Assembly: GCF_009914755.1 (NCBI RefSeq) | Contig: NC_060929.1 | Source: the human T2T-CHM13v2.0 reference genome, Homo sapiens | Length of the DNA: 64,000 bases | Strand: one strand, 5' to 3' | Part shown: piece after piece, positions 1 to 12,320 of the stretch | Layout of the letters: each line of letters starts with the position of its first letter | Position numbering within the stretch: position 1 is the stretch's first letter | Notes under the pieces: generated by a model | The model's input: only the letters and a program-made list of their open reading frames with translations | Database searches by the model: none | What the model was told of the DNA's origin: nothing | Made by a program: the position numbers and the translations under genes

Positions 1-620
1 CCAGTCCCCCAACACTAATCTGCGGTTTTTGACTTCAAAAGTGTTGTCACTTCAAAAATGTTATATAAGTGGAATCATACGGTATATAACTTTTGGAGAT
101 TGACTTTTATCACTTAGCATAATTCCCTGGAGATTCATCCAGGTTGTTGTGTATCTCAATTGTTTGTTCCTTTTTATTCCTAAATAGTATGGTATGGATG
201 TACCACAGTCTGTTTAACCATGACCTGTTGAAGGACACCTCATTGTTTCAATTTTTTGGCTATTCTGAATAAAGCTGCTATGAACATTCATGCACAGGTT
301 TTTCAATGCTCTGGGATAAATCCTCGAGTGCAGTTGGTCGGTTGTGTGGTAATTATATGTTTACTTCTATGAGAAACTGTCATATGGTTTTCCAGAGAGG
401 CTATACACTGTTTTATATTCCAACCAGCAATGTATGATCTAGTTTCTCTGTATCTTCACCAACATTTGGTGGTGTCCACTATTTTGTTTATTTTAGCCAT
501 TCTGACAGATGTTTAGTGATATCTCAGTATAGTTTTAATTTATATTTCCCTGATGGCTAAGGATATTGAATATCTTCTTTATGTGCTTATTTGCCATTGG
601 TATATCCTCTTTGGTGATAT
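1..620 (-). mobile_element. Old L1 (L1M-type) 3' fragment
   Basis: Typical antisense L1M text (gtggaatcatac...cacttagcataat...aaagctgctatgaacattc...tttccctgatggctaa). Boundaries approximate. Confidence 0.8.
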
Positions 621-1502
621 TTTGCATCTTTACTCCTCCATTTACTTCTTTTTAGTTGTTAGGATGGTGTGAGATTGCTGGTAAATTACCTATGAAGTTT
701 GTTATAACATACTTACATAGGAGGAAACAGATCTTCAGACTGAAATAGAAAATATTGCTTACTAGGGTTCTCAGCTCTGTACTAGAATCTCCAGGAATAC
801 AAAAATGAGTAAGACAAGAACCTTAGTCTTGAAGTTCTAAAACCATCTGGCACTTTTAACTGGAAAGAGAAGCAGAATATGTGTAGAAGTCTGAGATTTC
901 CAAATTGCATGACTTCAAGGAATGATATTTTAATGGGCATCATAAAGGTGACCACAAATGATGGAAAGATGCTAGCAGACACAAACCAAGGATTCAAATT
1001 CATCTAATATGAGTAAAGCATGCAGAAATGTCACTGCATGTAGATGACTGCCCAGAGCAACACTGGGTGACATAGTAGCAGTCCTAATTAGAGGACAAAT
1101 ACCCCTGGCTTTCACAACCCACAAAGGCACTCAGCTGCCAGTGAGAACAGTGACTGGAGTGAGACTTCTAACAGGATTTTCAAGAAGCTTGTTCTGTCCC
1201 CTCCCTCTTATTTCTTGAGCCTCCTACCTGTTCCAGAGAATATGGATCTATGCCTAATTGATCACCAGTTTCACATACCTGGTGTCAACCCCAGCACATT
1301 CCTGAGTGCTTAATTCGAGTTTGGGTGAAGGATATTTTTTCTAAAACTTGTATCTTAACTAGCAGCACTGGGTCTCAGGCAGTCTATTTCTGCACTTTTC
1401 TATAGAAATTAATGACCCAAATCCTTCGATTAAGTATGCACTTAAGAATTGCACAGTGATGGCCTAAGAAGAGAAATAGCTCAATAGAGAAGATTAGAGA
1501 AT

Positions 1503-1504
<2 letters not shown>

Positions 1505-1542
<38 letters not shown>
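1505..1542. repeat. (AC)19 microsatellite
   Basis: Direct reading of the sequence. Confidence 0.97.
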
Positions 1543-1546
<4 letters not shown>

Positions 1547-1569
1547 GTATGGTGACATTTAAAGTCAAT

Positions 1570-2875
1570 GGAAGAAAGATGAACTATTGAAATCATCTAG
1601 GAAAATTTCTTACCTCACACTATATACAAAACAAAAATCAGTTGGATTAATGATCTAAATTTTAATTTTAAAACGTGTATATAGTAAAGAAATTTAACAT
1701 CTTTATAATTTGTAAGACTGAGGTGGGGTACAGCAGGAAGCCTTCTGATGAAGACATGTAACTTAGAAGCTATAAACAGAAAATGTACAGATTTGACTAC
1801 ATAAAAGTAAAAAAAGAAAATCCTTTGTGATAAAAAAGTACAACAAATGGTTGAAAGAAAACAGAAAGTGTTTTTTATATATGTGTGTATATATGTATAT
1901 ATTTCACACATATCCTTGCACACCTATTTTTCTATGGTGCAGACATATATATTTATCTCTAATAGTTATTATTTCCGATGTACAAAGAGTTTATATAATT
2001 CAATAAGAAAAATGCAAATATTCAGAAAATAGGTAAAGAATAAAAACAAGCAAATCATGGGAGAATACAAATTACCAATAAACATATTGGTAAAGCTGCT
2101 CACCTTCACTAGTAAGTAACCAAGAAACTAGGAATTAAAACGATAAGAAATTGATACTTAAAAATTCATCAACAGGCAAAAATTAAAAACAATATTCAGT
2201 ATTTATTGGATATAGGAAAAGAGCATTCTCAGACATTTTTGCTGGGAATATAAATTGATACAGCCTTTTTCTGAGGATGGAATTTTTGAGATTCAGCATC
2301 TCTTGAAATTTAAAATGCTCATATCCTTTGATACAGTGATTCCACCCTTAGGAATCTGCACCATAGAAAAAATAGAGGTATGCAAGGGTATATGTGCTGT
2401 GATATTCATTGCAGCCTTATTTGTAAGTAGCAGAAAACTATAATCAACCTAAAATATCTGGCAATATGGAAATGTTAAAAAAAAACACAACAGCAACTAT
2501 GGTGTGGTCATGCAGTGAAATATAGAGAAGGCATTAAAAGGCACTAAATCTATAGCAGTGACTTGGCAGCACGTGGCAGGATGCCCACGAGTGAAAATAT
2601 CCACTCTAGGAGCATATGTATGTATAGCAGGATTTAAGCAGGGGCGGGGGTGGGGAGGAGGTGTGTGTGTGTCTATGTGTGTATATGTATTTGTGTGCCA
2701 AAAATCAAAAAGTCTAAAAAAAATACACTCTGGCCTGTTAACGATGGTTACAAACCTGAGGTATAGGAGTGCTGAGATGAGGGGAATTTCATTTTTTCTT
2801 TTATGTACTTGTGCAATATTTGTAATTTTTACCACCAAGATAGAATTATTTTATAATATTAAGAAAGAAAGGAAA
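1570..2875 (+). mobile_element. Old L1 (L1ME-like) 3' region
   Basis: A-rich strand with L1 hallmarks (cttacctcacactatatacaaaa; tgctgggaatataaattgatacagcc; atatcctttgatacagtgattccacccttaggaat). Boundaries approximate. Confidence 0.7.
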
Positions 2876-4208
2876 TTATAAATGCTAAGCAACCCAATTA
2901 TTGACCAAAAAGAAAGAATTTGGTTAAAAGAATTGATGTAATAGAAGGTACAGATACCTATGCCTAGTGAAAATTTAAAAAGAAAACAAAATAGAAAAAT
3001 CTTTTTCTTGCTACTGTATTAATTTTCTGTATCTGGCATATTTATTTCCATGATTTCTTTCTGTTTATTTTATTATGTTTAATTGATGGTGTTTACTGGA
3101 GTTTAGTGAAAAATATTTTGTAAACATCTCCAGTTGTGATTTATCCATTGTAATATCTCCCCAGTGAACTGACTGTGAGTAGGGAATTACAGAATTATCT
3201 GTAAAGGAGATACAGATCTTGAAAGTAGTCTGGGGCTTTGCTTATCTCCACAGGAAACCTTATTTCATATTGATAAAGTATGAAATCTTTCCTTAGTTAT
3301 TTCTGATTGTTCATTGTTGTTACTGTTTTAATGAGAGGTAGAAATGAGCTAAACCAACCTGCTTCATTCCTTCTAGTACTAATTTAATTTCAAAGGAAAT
3401 TCTTCAACCCCAATAAATAAGTGAAAGTGGATGGAACCAGGGTCTGACTCAACATGTCCAATTAATTGCTTCTAAACAGTAAGGTACATTCTTTTAAAAG
3501 CCCCACACACAAAAATCAACCAGTAAAAAATGATCAGGTGAGAAGTGAGATGACTATCATCATCTCTGCTTACAAAACTCTGTTCAAGTTGACATTAATA
3601 TTTGCCATCTACTCTATTATAAATCAAGATTTATTGTAGAAATATACCAAAGATAGCACAATAATGAAGAAAACAGAATCATCTCAGGTTTTGAAATATA
3701 CCTAACAAATTCAACCTCTTGCAAAATAACTTTCTTATTCAAAATGGAACTGGGAATTGTTCAGCACACAATGAATCATCTTTTGGCAAGTACAATAGAA
3801 TCTTTAGGGACATTTCACAGCCTCTTGTTCAATTGTTAGGATGTTTTTAGCTTTCACAGGTAGGGAAGAAGGTAGCTTATATAGCCATCATCTTGTTGCT
3901 AAAATTGTACAGTAAAGATTTTTCAGGCAATAGATCTTTTCAGATTTTTTTTTCCTTTTTCTTTATCCAGAGCCTCTTTGTGTCTCAAAAACAATCTGGA
4001 ATTACTTAATGCTAATGTTTTCTGGTTTTACTATTTACCCAGGACTCAAATGTTAAACATTAATATGGGAAACTCCCTTTTCCTTGCCTCATAGCCTTAT
4101 ATTTATTTAACTGTTATTTTGTGAGAAGAAAATCTCCTCTTTTCCTCTCCATGTTAGTACTTTTCTTATTAAGAAACCCGTTTTCGTTTTGTTTTTGCTT
4201 TTTTTTAG

Positions 4209-4347
4209 GAGGCTTTCGAGCTACCCTTGGATGATTGTGAAGTGATTGAAACTGCAGCAGCGTCCGAAGTGATTAAATATGAGTATCATGTCTTATATTC
4301 CTGTAGCTACCAAGTGCCTGTACTTTACTTTAGGGCAAGCTTTTTAG
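4209..4347 (+). CDS. ATG10: ATG10 internal coding exon (139 nt; phase 0 to phase 1), approx. residues E73-L118
   Basis: Long polypyrimidine tract ending ttttttAG at 4207-4208; donor G|GTAAGA at 4348. Translates EAFELPLDDCEVIETAAASEVIKYEYHVLYSCSYQVPVLYFRASFL, recognised as ATG10 (Atg3/Atg10 YS.SY.VPVLYF motif). Residue numbers are from recall of the human protein. Confidence 0.96.
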
Positions 4348-7300
4348 GTAAGAACATGTCTGAAGCTAAAAGTAAATTTATAACATTTACATATAAAGCA
4401 AAAAGCATATTTGGAAAATTATTCTCCAGAGGAAAAAAAATAGAGTTAAAAATGAGAAAACTGTGGGTGAGGTAAGGTTTTACCACTAAATTTTCTCATG
4501 CTTCAGAAAGGGTATCAAGACTTCAGCGTGAATGATATCATCTCAGCCTTAAGTCTGATCTTCAGATTCTTGGCCTTTTGCCTGAAGTTGACTAAGCCCC
4601 CTGGCCCTTTTTCTTTTCTTTACTTTAAACAAGTAGGAACAACTTAAAGCTACAATGTTTATTTACTTCTAACTTTACAGTAAAAATTTATTTTAATCTC
4701 AGATGATCCAATTAACTCAGAAGCTCCTGTGCCTCCTTCCCCAAAAGCTAATAATTATTTTAAGAAATGTTTATCAATTAGCTTAAGCTGTATTTAAAAA
4801 TAGCACTAACATTTCCTTCAGCCATCTATACATCTCCAATGCCTTAGCTTCCTGTGATGCTGTTACTCAACTCATTCCCCTGCCAAGAAGGTGGAATACC
4901 CTGTCTCCTTGGAGGCCTTAGCTAATAAAGCTTATTTAATCAGCAGCCACATGGCGTCCTCACTCTGCAGCACAGCCATGGCTTCCCGCTTAGAGTCCAC
5001 TGCCTAAACCGGGTCAGCATTGGGATGTGCTGCCACCCAGGCCCAGGGACCAAGATGAGCCTCCTGTTCAGCCAACCCCTTGCCCTATTTCTCCTTTTGT
5101 ATCTGGCCTTATCAGCAGCATTGTGCATTTTGAACAGCCTTCTGACTTTTTTCTGGATAGCTAAGACATCTGAATTTAGCCAATGATATTTTATTTTTAA
5201 TTCAAAAGTAGCTTAAGCTGCTTGAATGTATGTTTGGTAGATTTAATCACTTGCTGTTATATTGTTTAATGGTCTCTAATTTTGCAGTGTTGGCAGTTTA
5301 ACAAGCACTTAGGATTTAAAACACAAGAAGAAATTCTCATAGACTCCCTGGTGAGAAGATTTTAATCTGAGGTGCAGTTCCTAAGAACTGACAATTTGGG
5401 GTAAATTTTCAACATGGGACATGGGGAATGGAGGACACTGATAGTTCACTAATTCACAAACTCTTGCTGTGGATTTATCCATATAATTATTACAAGCCTT
5501 TAAAACACTCATTTTATGGTAATTATATTTGGTTTGGAGCCCAGAGGTTAAAGGAAGTTTCTTGTCAGTGAGCTGTGCTATACTAAAAAGTAGGAGATAT
5601 ATTTGTTTATTCAGGGGGAGGAAAATGTCTTTCTTGGTTCTGGTTTGCAATGGCTCTGCCTTCTAGATTCAGAGACAAGTCGAGGCTGCAGGTAGAGGAA
5701 ATAAGACATTACTTCTTCAATACTGTACTTTCATATAATTAGTATTCACCATAAGCAGTTAATCACCAGAGAAGAGCTCCCAGAGACAAAACAAGTTGTT
5801 TAGCTTGTCAGCATTAGGGAATCAGAGGTGTTGAAACATGACTGCTTCTAGCTGGAAGTGGGTCTTGCCAAGGCCTGCTGATGAGCTCATATGTGTGCTT
5901 TGCTCTTATGTGCCAACAGCTCCCCTTACAGTACAGCACAGTAATTGTTCCTGCAAGTCCAATTATATTTTAATGACATTGGTGTAGTTTCTGTGATCCT
6001 TTCTTCACGATTTTCTATTCTTTTAAAAAAACACAATTAACATTCTTGGCTTCTATTTGTATACTTTTACAATGCCCTCCATTTATGCCTTATAAAGGTA
6101 AACCAAAACAAGTCATTTGTTTTTATGTAGAAGCATTCGCCCCCCACCACCACTGCTTTGTGTTGTGTAGAGTGGGTATTAGGAATTTAAAATTTTATTT
6201 TGGCCCAGAATTCATTTAGTGCTTGTTCAGGTACATTAAAATATCAAATTTAATTTTTGTGCAGCATACTGAATGTTTTCTGGTGGAGAAACATGAAGAA
6301 TGGTTCTTTCTTTCCTTTATCATATTCTAATAATTTATTTTTTCTTTCCACCTAACTTAACCTCATGGATATTTTTAAAATGTATCAACCTTTACTCTGG
6401 AGTCACAATTTTTCATTTATTCCCCCCCCAGTCTTTTTTATTCTCCTTACTTTTTCCTGTGATATCTGATTACTCTGGCCCTTCATCTGTTTGTTAAACA
6501 AATCTCTGTCAGTGTGGTGAAAGGATTCCTAATGTCTTCCTCTTATTCCAGGCCCGGATTTTTCTTTGTCTCATTCTAAGAGAGTTCCGACCTAGAAAGA
6601 GGATGACTGTAAAATTTCTTGCCCAGGGGTCTTTTTTTGTTGTTGTTGCTTCAAAAATAGTTCACTTAGCCTTGTTTTTGACAGATATTTATAATTTCTT
6701 TTGCATTTGATTGTTAGTACAAATTAATTTCTCTGCTTTGCTCTAAATTTTCTCCCTGTACCTATTTTTTTAAGGAAAAGCAAAACAAGTAATAAATAGT
6801 TTCCATTTAAATTTACATTACCCTTTCTTGTATCAACTTGTTTAGATTTCAGAAGAAATCTTTACTCTGGTTCTCGAAATGCAAATCCCTTAGACTTTGA
6901 ATTCCTTTTCTTTATATGGTCCAGTTTCCACCAGGCCAATTACTAGTAGCCCAAGACTCAGTTAACATGCCATCTATTCTTGTCGCTCCCATGTCATGTC
7001 ATGTCATATCATATCATATATTCTATTATATCACAATTTGTACTATAGCAGAAATATTTGTTTATATCTATAAAATGATATGCTGGAACATAGAGCTTCA
7101 AGATAAAAACAAGAGTGAAGGAAATTGATACTGAGTGCCTACAAAGTGAGAAGCTTTATTTATGGCTTTGTGTGTATACATGTATAAGATATATGTATGT
7201 ATATATATGGCTTATTCAGCTGTGGCACAGCATCAAGTATTTGTTAAGTGAAACGATAAAGAAGAATTTCTAGTCATTTAAAAAATACAGCCCAAGAATG

Positions 7301-10300
7301 GAAACATTGTGATGGTGCCTACTTCAACTGCTATGCCAGGTTTTGAAAGAGGAAGTAATTCTGTTGTCTCCAGGAGACCTAAGACCCAAACCATCTATGT
7401 ATCTTTACTCTTTAGTCTGATACTTTTCAGAGACTATAGGAGTAGTGGACTTAGAAAAATAGAACATCCTGAGGACTCAAAAGTGGGTATCCAAACTAGC
7501 TGAAGCAGCTGTTCCACTTCTATAAACACGTATTTTTATTTAATTCTTGAAGGCAGACAGCCAAGTTGAGACAGCATTCTGCTTCTGCCTCTCATTTCTA
7601 CTACTTTGGTGTACAGGAGCTCAGTTACCAAGTGGGCAACGTGGATTTAAGAGAAGAAATAAGCCCTTCCATCCCAATGTTCTGTTTTTCTCTAACTACT
7701 TTTGTCATTGTAGGTTTGGGAGAGGTGGTGGGACACAGTTAATACCCTTTGTCACTCAGGAGAGGGTGAGACATAATTGCACGTCTGTTGAGTAATAATA
7801 AATAGCCTACATTGGAATAGTGCCTTATAGTTTAGTAAATCCACTCCCACAAAGCATTGACATCTTCAAGTGCATGCTGTTTTTTTTTTCTTTTTTTCCC
7901 ACTGTTTTTGAAGCATACCATATTAAAGAATTTTTTGTATCATGCCAAAGCCTTCTATCCATTCCCTACCATTCTTATTCCCTGACCTTTTTATGTCTCA
8001 TTTTCCCTTTTGAGGGCTCAGCTTTGATCAAAAGCTAGTGGCAAATGTTACAAAGGTGGTAAAACCCTTAGGCACATACATAATGGCCTTTTGCCTTACC
8101 AGAGGCCTAGGCTTAAATATTTTCTCCTTACATTTAGCTAGAGATTTCTATATTTATTTCATCTTGAATTCTGATTCATCTCTTTCTTTTCATTTGTTCT
8201 CAGTCTCTATTGAAAAATGGACCAAGTGGTTCTTCTTATTTTCAAAACATTTAATTCTTTGGATGACATATGGGTTCTTCTTGGGAGCTGTTTTGACATA
8301 TTTCTTTAATTAGTCAGCAGGGCTGCATTTGAATAGAGGAGGAATCTTTTCCTCCATTCAGCAAAGGAATGGCTGTCCTTTATGGAGACCATTCTATTAT
8401 TGGCCCAGGAAATAAGGGTATAGAATTAAAAATGTAGCCTAAATATTTCATGTGAAAGATTTGTCCACTTGTTGTAGGCCTGAAGGATGCTCATGGAGAA
8501 ACAGGGCAAAAGAAATAATCAAAGAATAGTTCCTTCTCAAAGGCAGCATGAATCAAACTAAGATAAACGCCATGATAAAGAAAGAATAATGGAAAGTTTG
8601 GAATTAAAGCAGCATATAAATCATCAAGCAGGAAAAGGATTGTCTGTGGTTTGCAATAAGAGGACATCTTTGGAGTGCATAGAGGAGAATGACAGCAAAA
8701 CAGGAAAGATGGGGGTTGGAGGAAGCCGAAGAATAAAAGTAGAATATCCATAGCTCTGTCCAACAACTTGTAGAGGACAGCCACAGGTTGGGTTTCTTGA
8801 AGAGGTTAGGAAAAGCACTGTAGAAGGGGAGGAGAGTGAGTGCCAAGCTATGGGGGCTGGAGGGCTGGAGAGAGCCCACCATATTTGGAGAACAGTGAAG
8901 GACCAGTTTGGAGTAGGGGCTAACTTAGGATGACTTACGGAAGAAATAGTTGAAAAGATATGTTGAGGTCAAATTATGGAAGAGATAATGGTTAGGAAGG
9001 GGTTGGAAGATATAAAGAAAAAGTGAAAGAGTTTGAGCAGAAGTGAATGAGACCAGAGGAAGGATGTCCTAGAAATTGTGCCTGAGTAAAACAGAAAGAA
9101 AAGGAATTGAAGGGTGAGAGTGAAATTTGGAAAAAAAAAAAAAAGGATTTGGCTTTTTCATTGTTGTTGTTATTAATTTTATAACAATTTAAAAACAATA
9201 ACCTCTTAGAGAAAATGAAGAAAATGAGTTGGAAAGAACATATTTTCGGGGAAAGATGTATTATTGCAAGTACGGTAAGAGTTATGGTTAAGGCAGCTTG
9301 TTGAATAGGAAGAAAAATAGTGGATTAGAGAAGTATTTTAAGACTGGGGCAAAAACGACTCTAGTTAATTACTACAGTGAGCAGAAAATAGAAAATTATT
9401 TGACAGATAATTTAATTTAGAGTCTTAATTGTAAAGAATCTTTAAGAAAGTTTGTGTATTTATATTTATGTTACACATATGTTTATGTAGACAGTAAATC
9501 TAGCCAAGGTCATGATAATGAACCATAACATGAATTTTGGTGAATTAAAAAGAGATTCTAGGGATTGAAATGAATTTGAAGAGCAAACAGTGAAAGTTAT
9601 TTTTAAGAATAATGAAAAGTTATCTAACTAATACAAATATATTCAAACTGAAAAGTCCAAATAACAGAGGAAATCTAGTGAGAATTATTTGTTGAGCCAT
9701 GTAAATGTTTGAAATATTTTGGGGAATTAGGATAGAAGTCACATGCTGGGTTAGAACATATGATAGCAATAGAATCTCATTGAAAAATCAAGCCCTGTTT
9801 TGAAAATGTACTAAAGGAAAGGTGCTAAAGAAATGGGAAGTAAAACTACAGAGATAGCTAGTTAGCCAAAAGGTTTATTCTAAGCAGAATATTGCTTAGC
9901 CACATATACAAAAGGCAAGAGATTTTAGTTGGACCCAGAGGCTTGGGAGAGAAAATAACAAGGTAAGTACATTAATTTTATTAACCTGTAAGCGACTGTA
10001 TTTTAGCTTTCTTAGGTGAATGTTTGTGCCATATGGAAAAAACATCTCTTTGCTTACTATTGGCACAATGAGCCCTGTTTGAAATACCTATTAAAATATA
10101 CATGAGTGCCTACTGTGTGCACAACACAAATCTCATTAGCCTCTTTTTAAAATATGCTGAAACAAATCACTGCCTAACTTGTAACTCATGTATTGTTTTT
10201 CTGCTCCTTCAAAGTCATCAAAGCAGTATTCGAGTCTATATGTTAGGTGCTGTTTTGAGAAGGCAGAGACTGCATTCCATGAGAAGGAGACCAGGTTGGA

Positions 10301-10473
10301 TGGTGGAAGTAAGGGTATTCAAAGTGCTGGTATAGAGTAATATAGTAGTAATAGGTCCATGATGTGGGGATAATGTTTGAGGAAAGCCAGGAATACAAAT
10401 TACTGAGTATTAATCTCAAGAGTTTGGGATCAAAACCTCAGAATACTTTGGATAGGATTGAAAATAGAGTGTT

Positions 10474-10759
10474 GGCAGGGCGCGGTGGCTCACACCTGTA
10501 ATCCCAGCACTTTGGGAGGCCGAGGCTGGCAGATCACCTGAGGTCAAGAGTTCGAGACCAGCCTGGCCAACATGGTGAAACCCCATCTCTACTAAAATAC
10601 AAAAAAAAATAGCTAGGCATGGTAGCAAGCGCCTGTACTCCCAGCTACTTGGGAGGGTGGGGTGGAAAATCGCTTGAACCCTGGAGGCGGAGCTTGCAGT
10701 GAGCCGAGATCACGCCACTGCAGTGACAGAGCGAGACTCTGTCTCAGGGAAAAAAAAAA
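10474..10759 (+). mobile_element. AluS element with small internal deletion
   Basis: Dimeric Alu with A-tail; TSD gaaaatagagtgtt / gaaaacagagtgtc; lacks the ctccagcctggg segment near the 3' end. Confidence 0.95.
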
Positions 10760-11629
10760 GAAAACAGAGTGTCTTCTGCTTTAGAACCAGCAGACCTTAG
10801 GCTGTAGATATCCAGCTGGTAGTATGGTTCTCAGATTTCTGGATCAATAGTGGTATCACAGGGCTGATGTCTCAGGTATCTTGTGGACCCAATGTTGCTT
10901 CCCTTGGGACCATTTTCTGATTCAGAGGTTCATCAAAATGGTCTTATATGTCCTTTACTAGGTTAAGTGATTCACTTAATTTAAATGGAAGGGTATAACA
11001 TCACTTGCGTTATTCCATGTTTCTTAACACTGTGTGTGGACAGTTTAAGATGATTCATAATTGCTCCTTTATGTGCTATTGGGCATATGTTCATAAAAAT
11101 AGATTGTAACACACATAAACTTTCTCATGTAATTAAAAACCATGTTAACATCTATTTTTTCTATTCAAGACTGCTAGACAAATATATAACATTTTAAGCT
11201 GATAATTTTGAAAATATTTATTAAGCAAGACTTTTAAACCATCTATTTGTGCTATATTAGATGTGTACCCCTGGTTGCAAATAATTTGATAAGCAGGAAA
11301 AGGCTTATTGAAGGGTAGATCGTAGAGTCAACTGAAGGTGGTAGAATGACAAGGCAAGGGAATATCTGCCTCCCTTTAGCTTTGGTGGTAGAAATGGGGC
11401 TCTGCCTCCTACTTATTTTGGAATTTATCTCCCAAATTGGAAGTGTGTTTGGATACTGAGAAATCACATATCTGCTATAGCTGCATCTGCTTAATGCTAT
11501 GGATTTATGTGAGTATGAGGGTTTTTAAAAATATAAATGTAAAACATTTAATCAATTAATTTTATTATGATCATTCAGCCATTATTCTTAGAATGTGCTA
11601 ATTACTCTAGAAATAATGTTGAACTTTCA

Positions 11630-11900
11630 TCTGTTCATTCATTTGAAAATATTTATACATAAGGCATGGATATGTTTCTGAAATGCTGAGATAAATAAAG
11701 GAAATCAGAGATGGATAATACCATCAAGGAGCTTACAGTCTAGTGAGGGAAACACAAGATAGGTCTGAAATTCACTATAACAAGTAGAATATGTTAAGGA
11801 CCATAAGAGAGGTAAAAGGCACCAGGGCTTGGAGAGCTATGACTACCTTGAGCTGTGGTGATCAAGAGAGGCCTTGGCTGGACATGGGATTTGTCCATGA
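11630..11900 (-). mobile_element. L2 3' fragment
   Basis: ttcattcatttgaaaatattta...aggagcttacagtctagtgaggga matches the reverse complement of the L2 3' end. Confidence 0.6.
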
Positions 11901-12079
11901 GTGATAGGGGAAAGGGTGAGCCAGGCTTGGGAAGAAAATCATGAAAGGGAAAATTCCAGATACTCATAGGTTAGGCAGTGTTGATGGGGACCACTAGTAA
12001 TAGTAGCAACAAGAACAATACAACTAATATGCATGTATAACTTTACACTTTACAAAGAACTCCTGTGCACAGAAACACA

Positions 12080-12320
12080 TATAATGTAGTGGTGAAAAGC
12101 GCATGGTCTAGAGTCAGAAAACTTTAGTTCTGATTCCTAGCTCTGCTGCTTACTAACCTTATGACCTTGGGCAAGTTATTGAACTTTGCCATTTCTTTTC
12201 TTTCATCATCTGAAAAAAAAATTGAGTTAGCAATAATACTGATTTCAGAGTTTCGAGGATCCTGAGCTTATATTGGAAATGGTGCTTGACACTTAGTGCC
12301 TTTCAATCATGCTAGCCAAA
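12080..12320 (+). mobile_element. MIR
   Basis: MIR core: ctctgctgcttactaaccttatgaccttgggcaagttattgaac. Flanked by opposite-strand MIR-like pieces (~12010-12065 and ~12335-12480). Confidence 0.75.

Noticed and set aside
4206-4211. NAGNAG tandem acceptor TAG|GAG
   Set aside because: A distal GAG is rarely used; nothing else supports a one-residue-shorter isoform.
6990-7032. (CATGT)/(CATAT) pentamer run
   Set aside because: Short degenerate simple repeat with no further structure.
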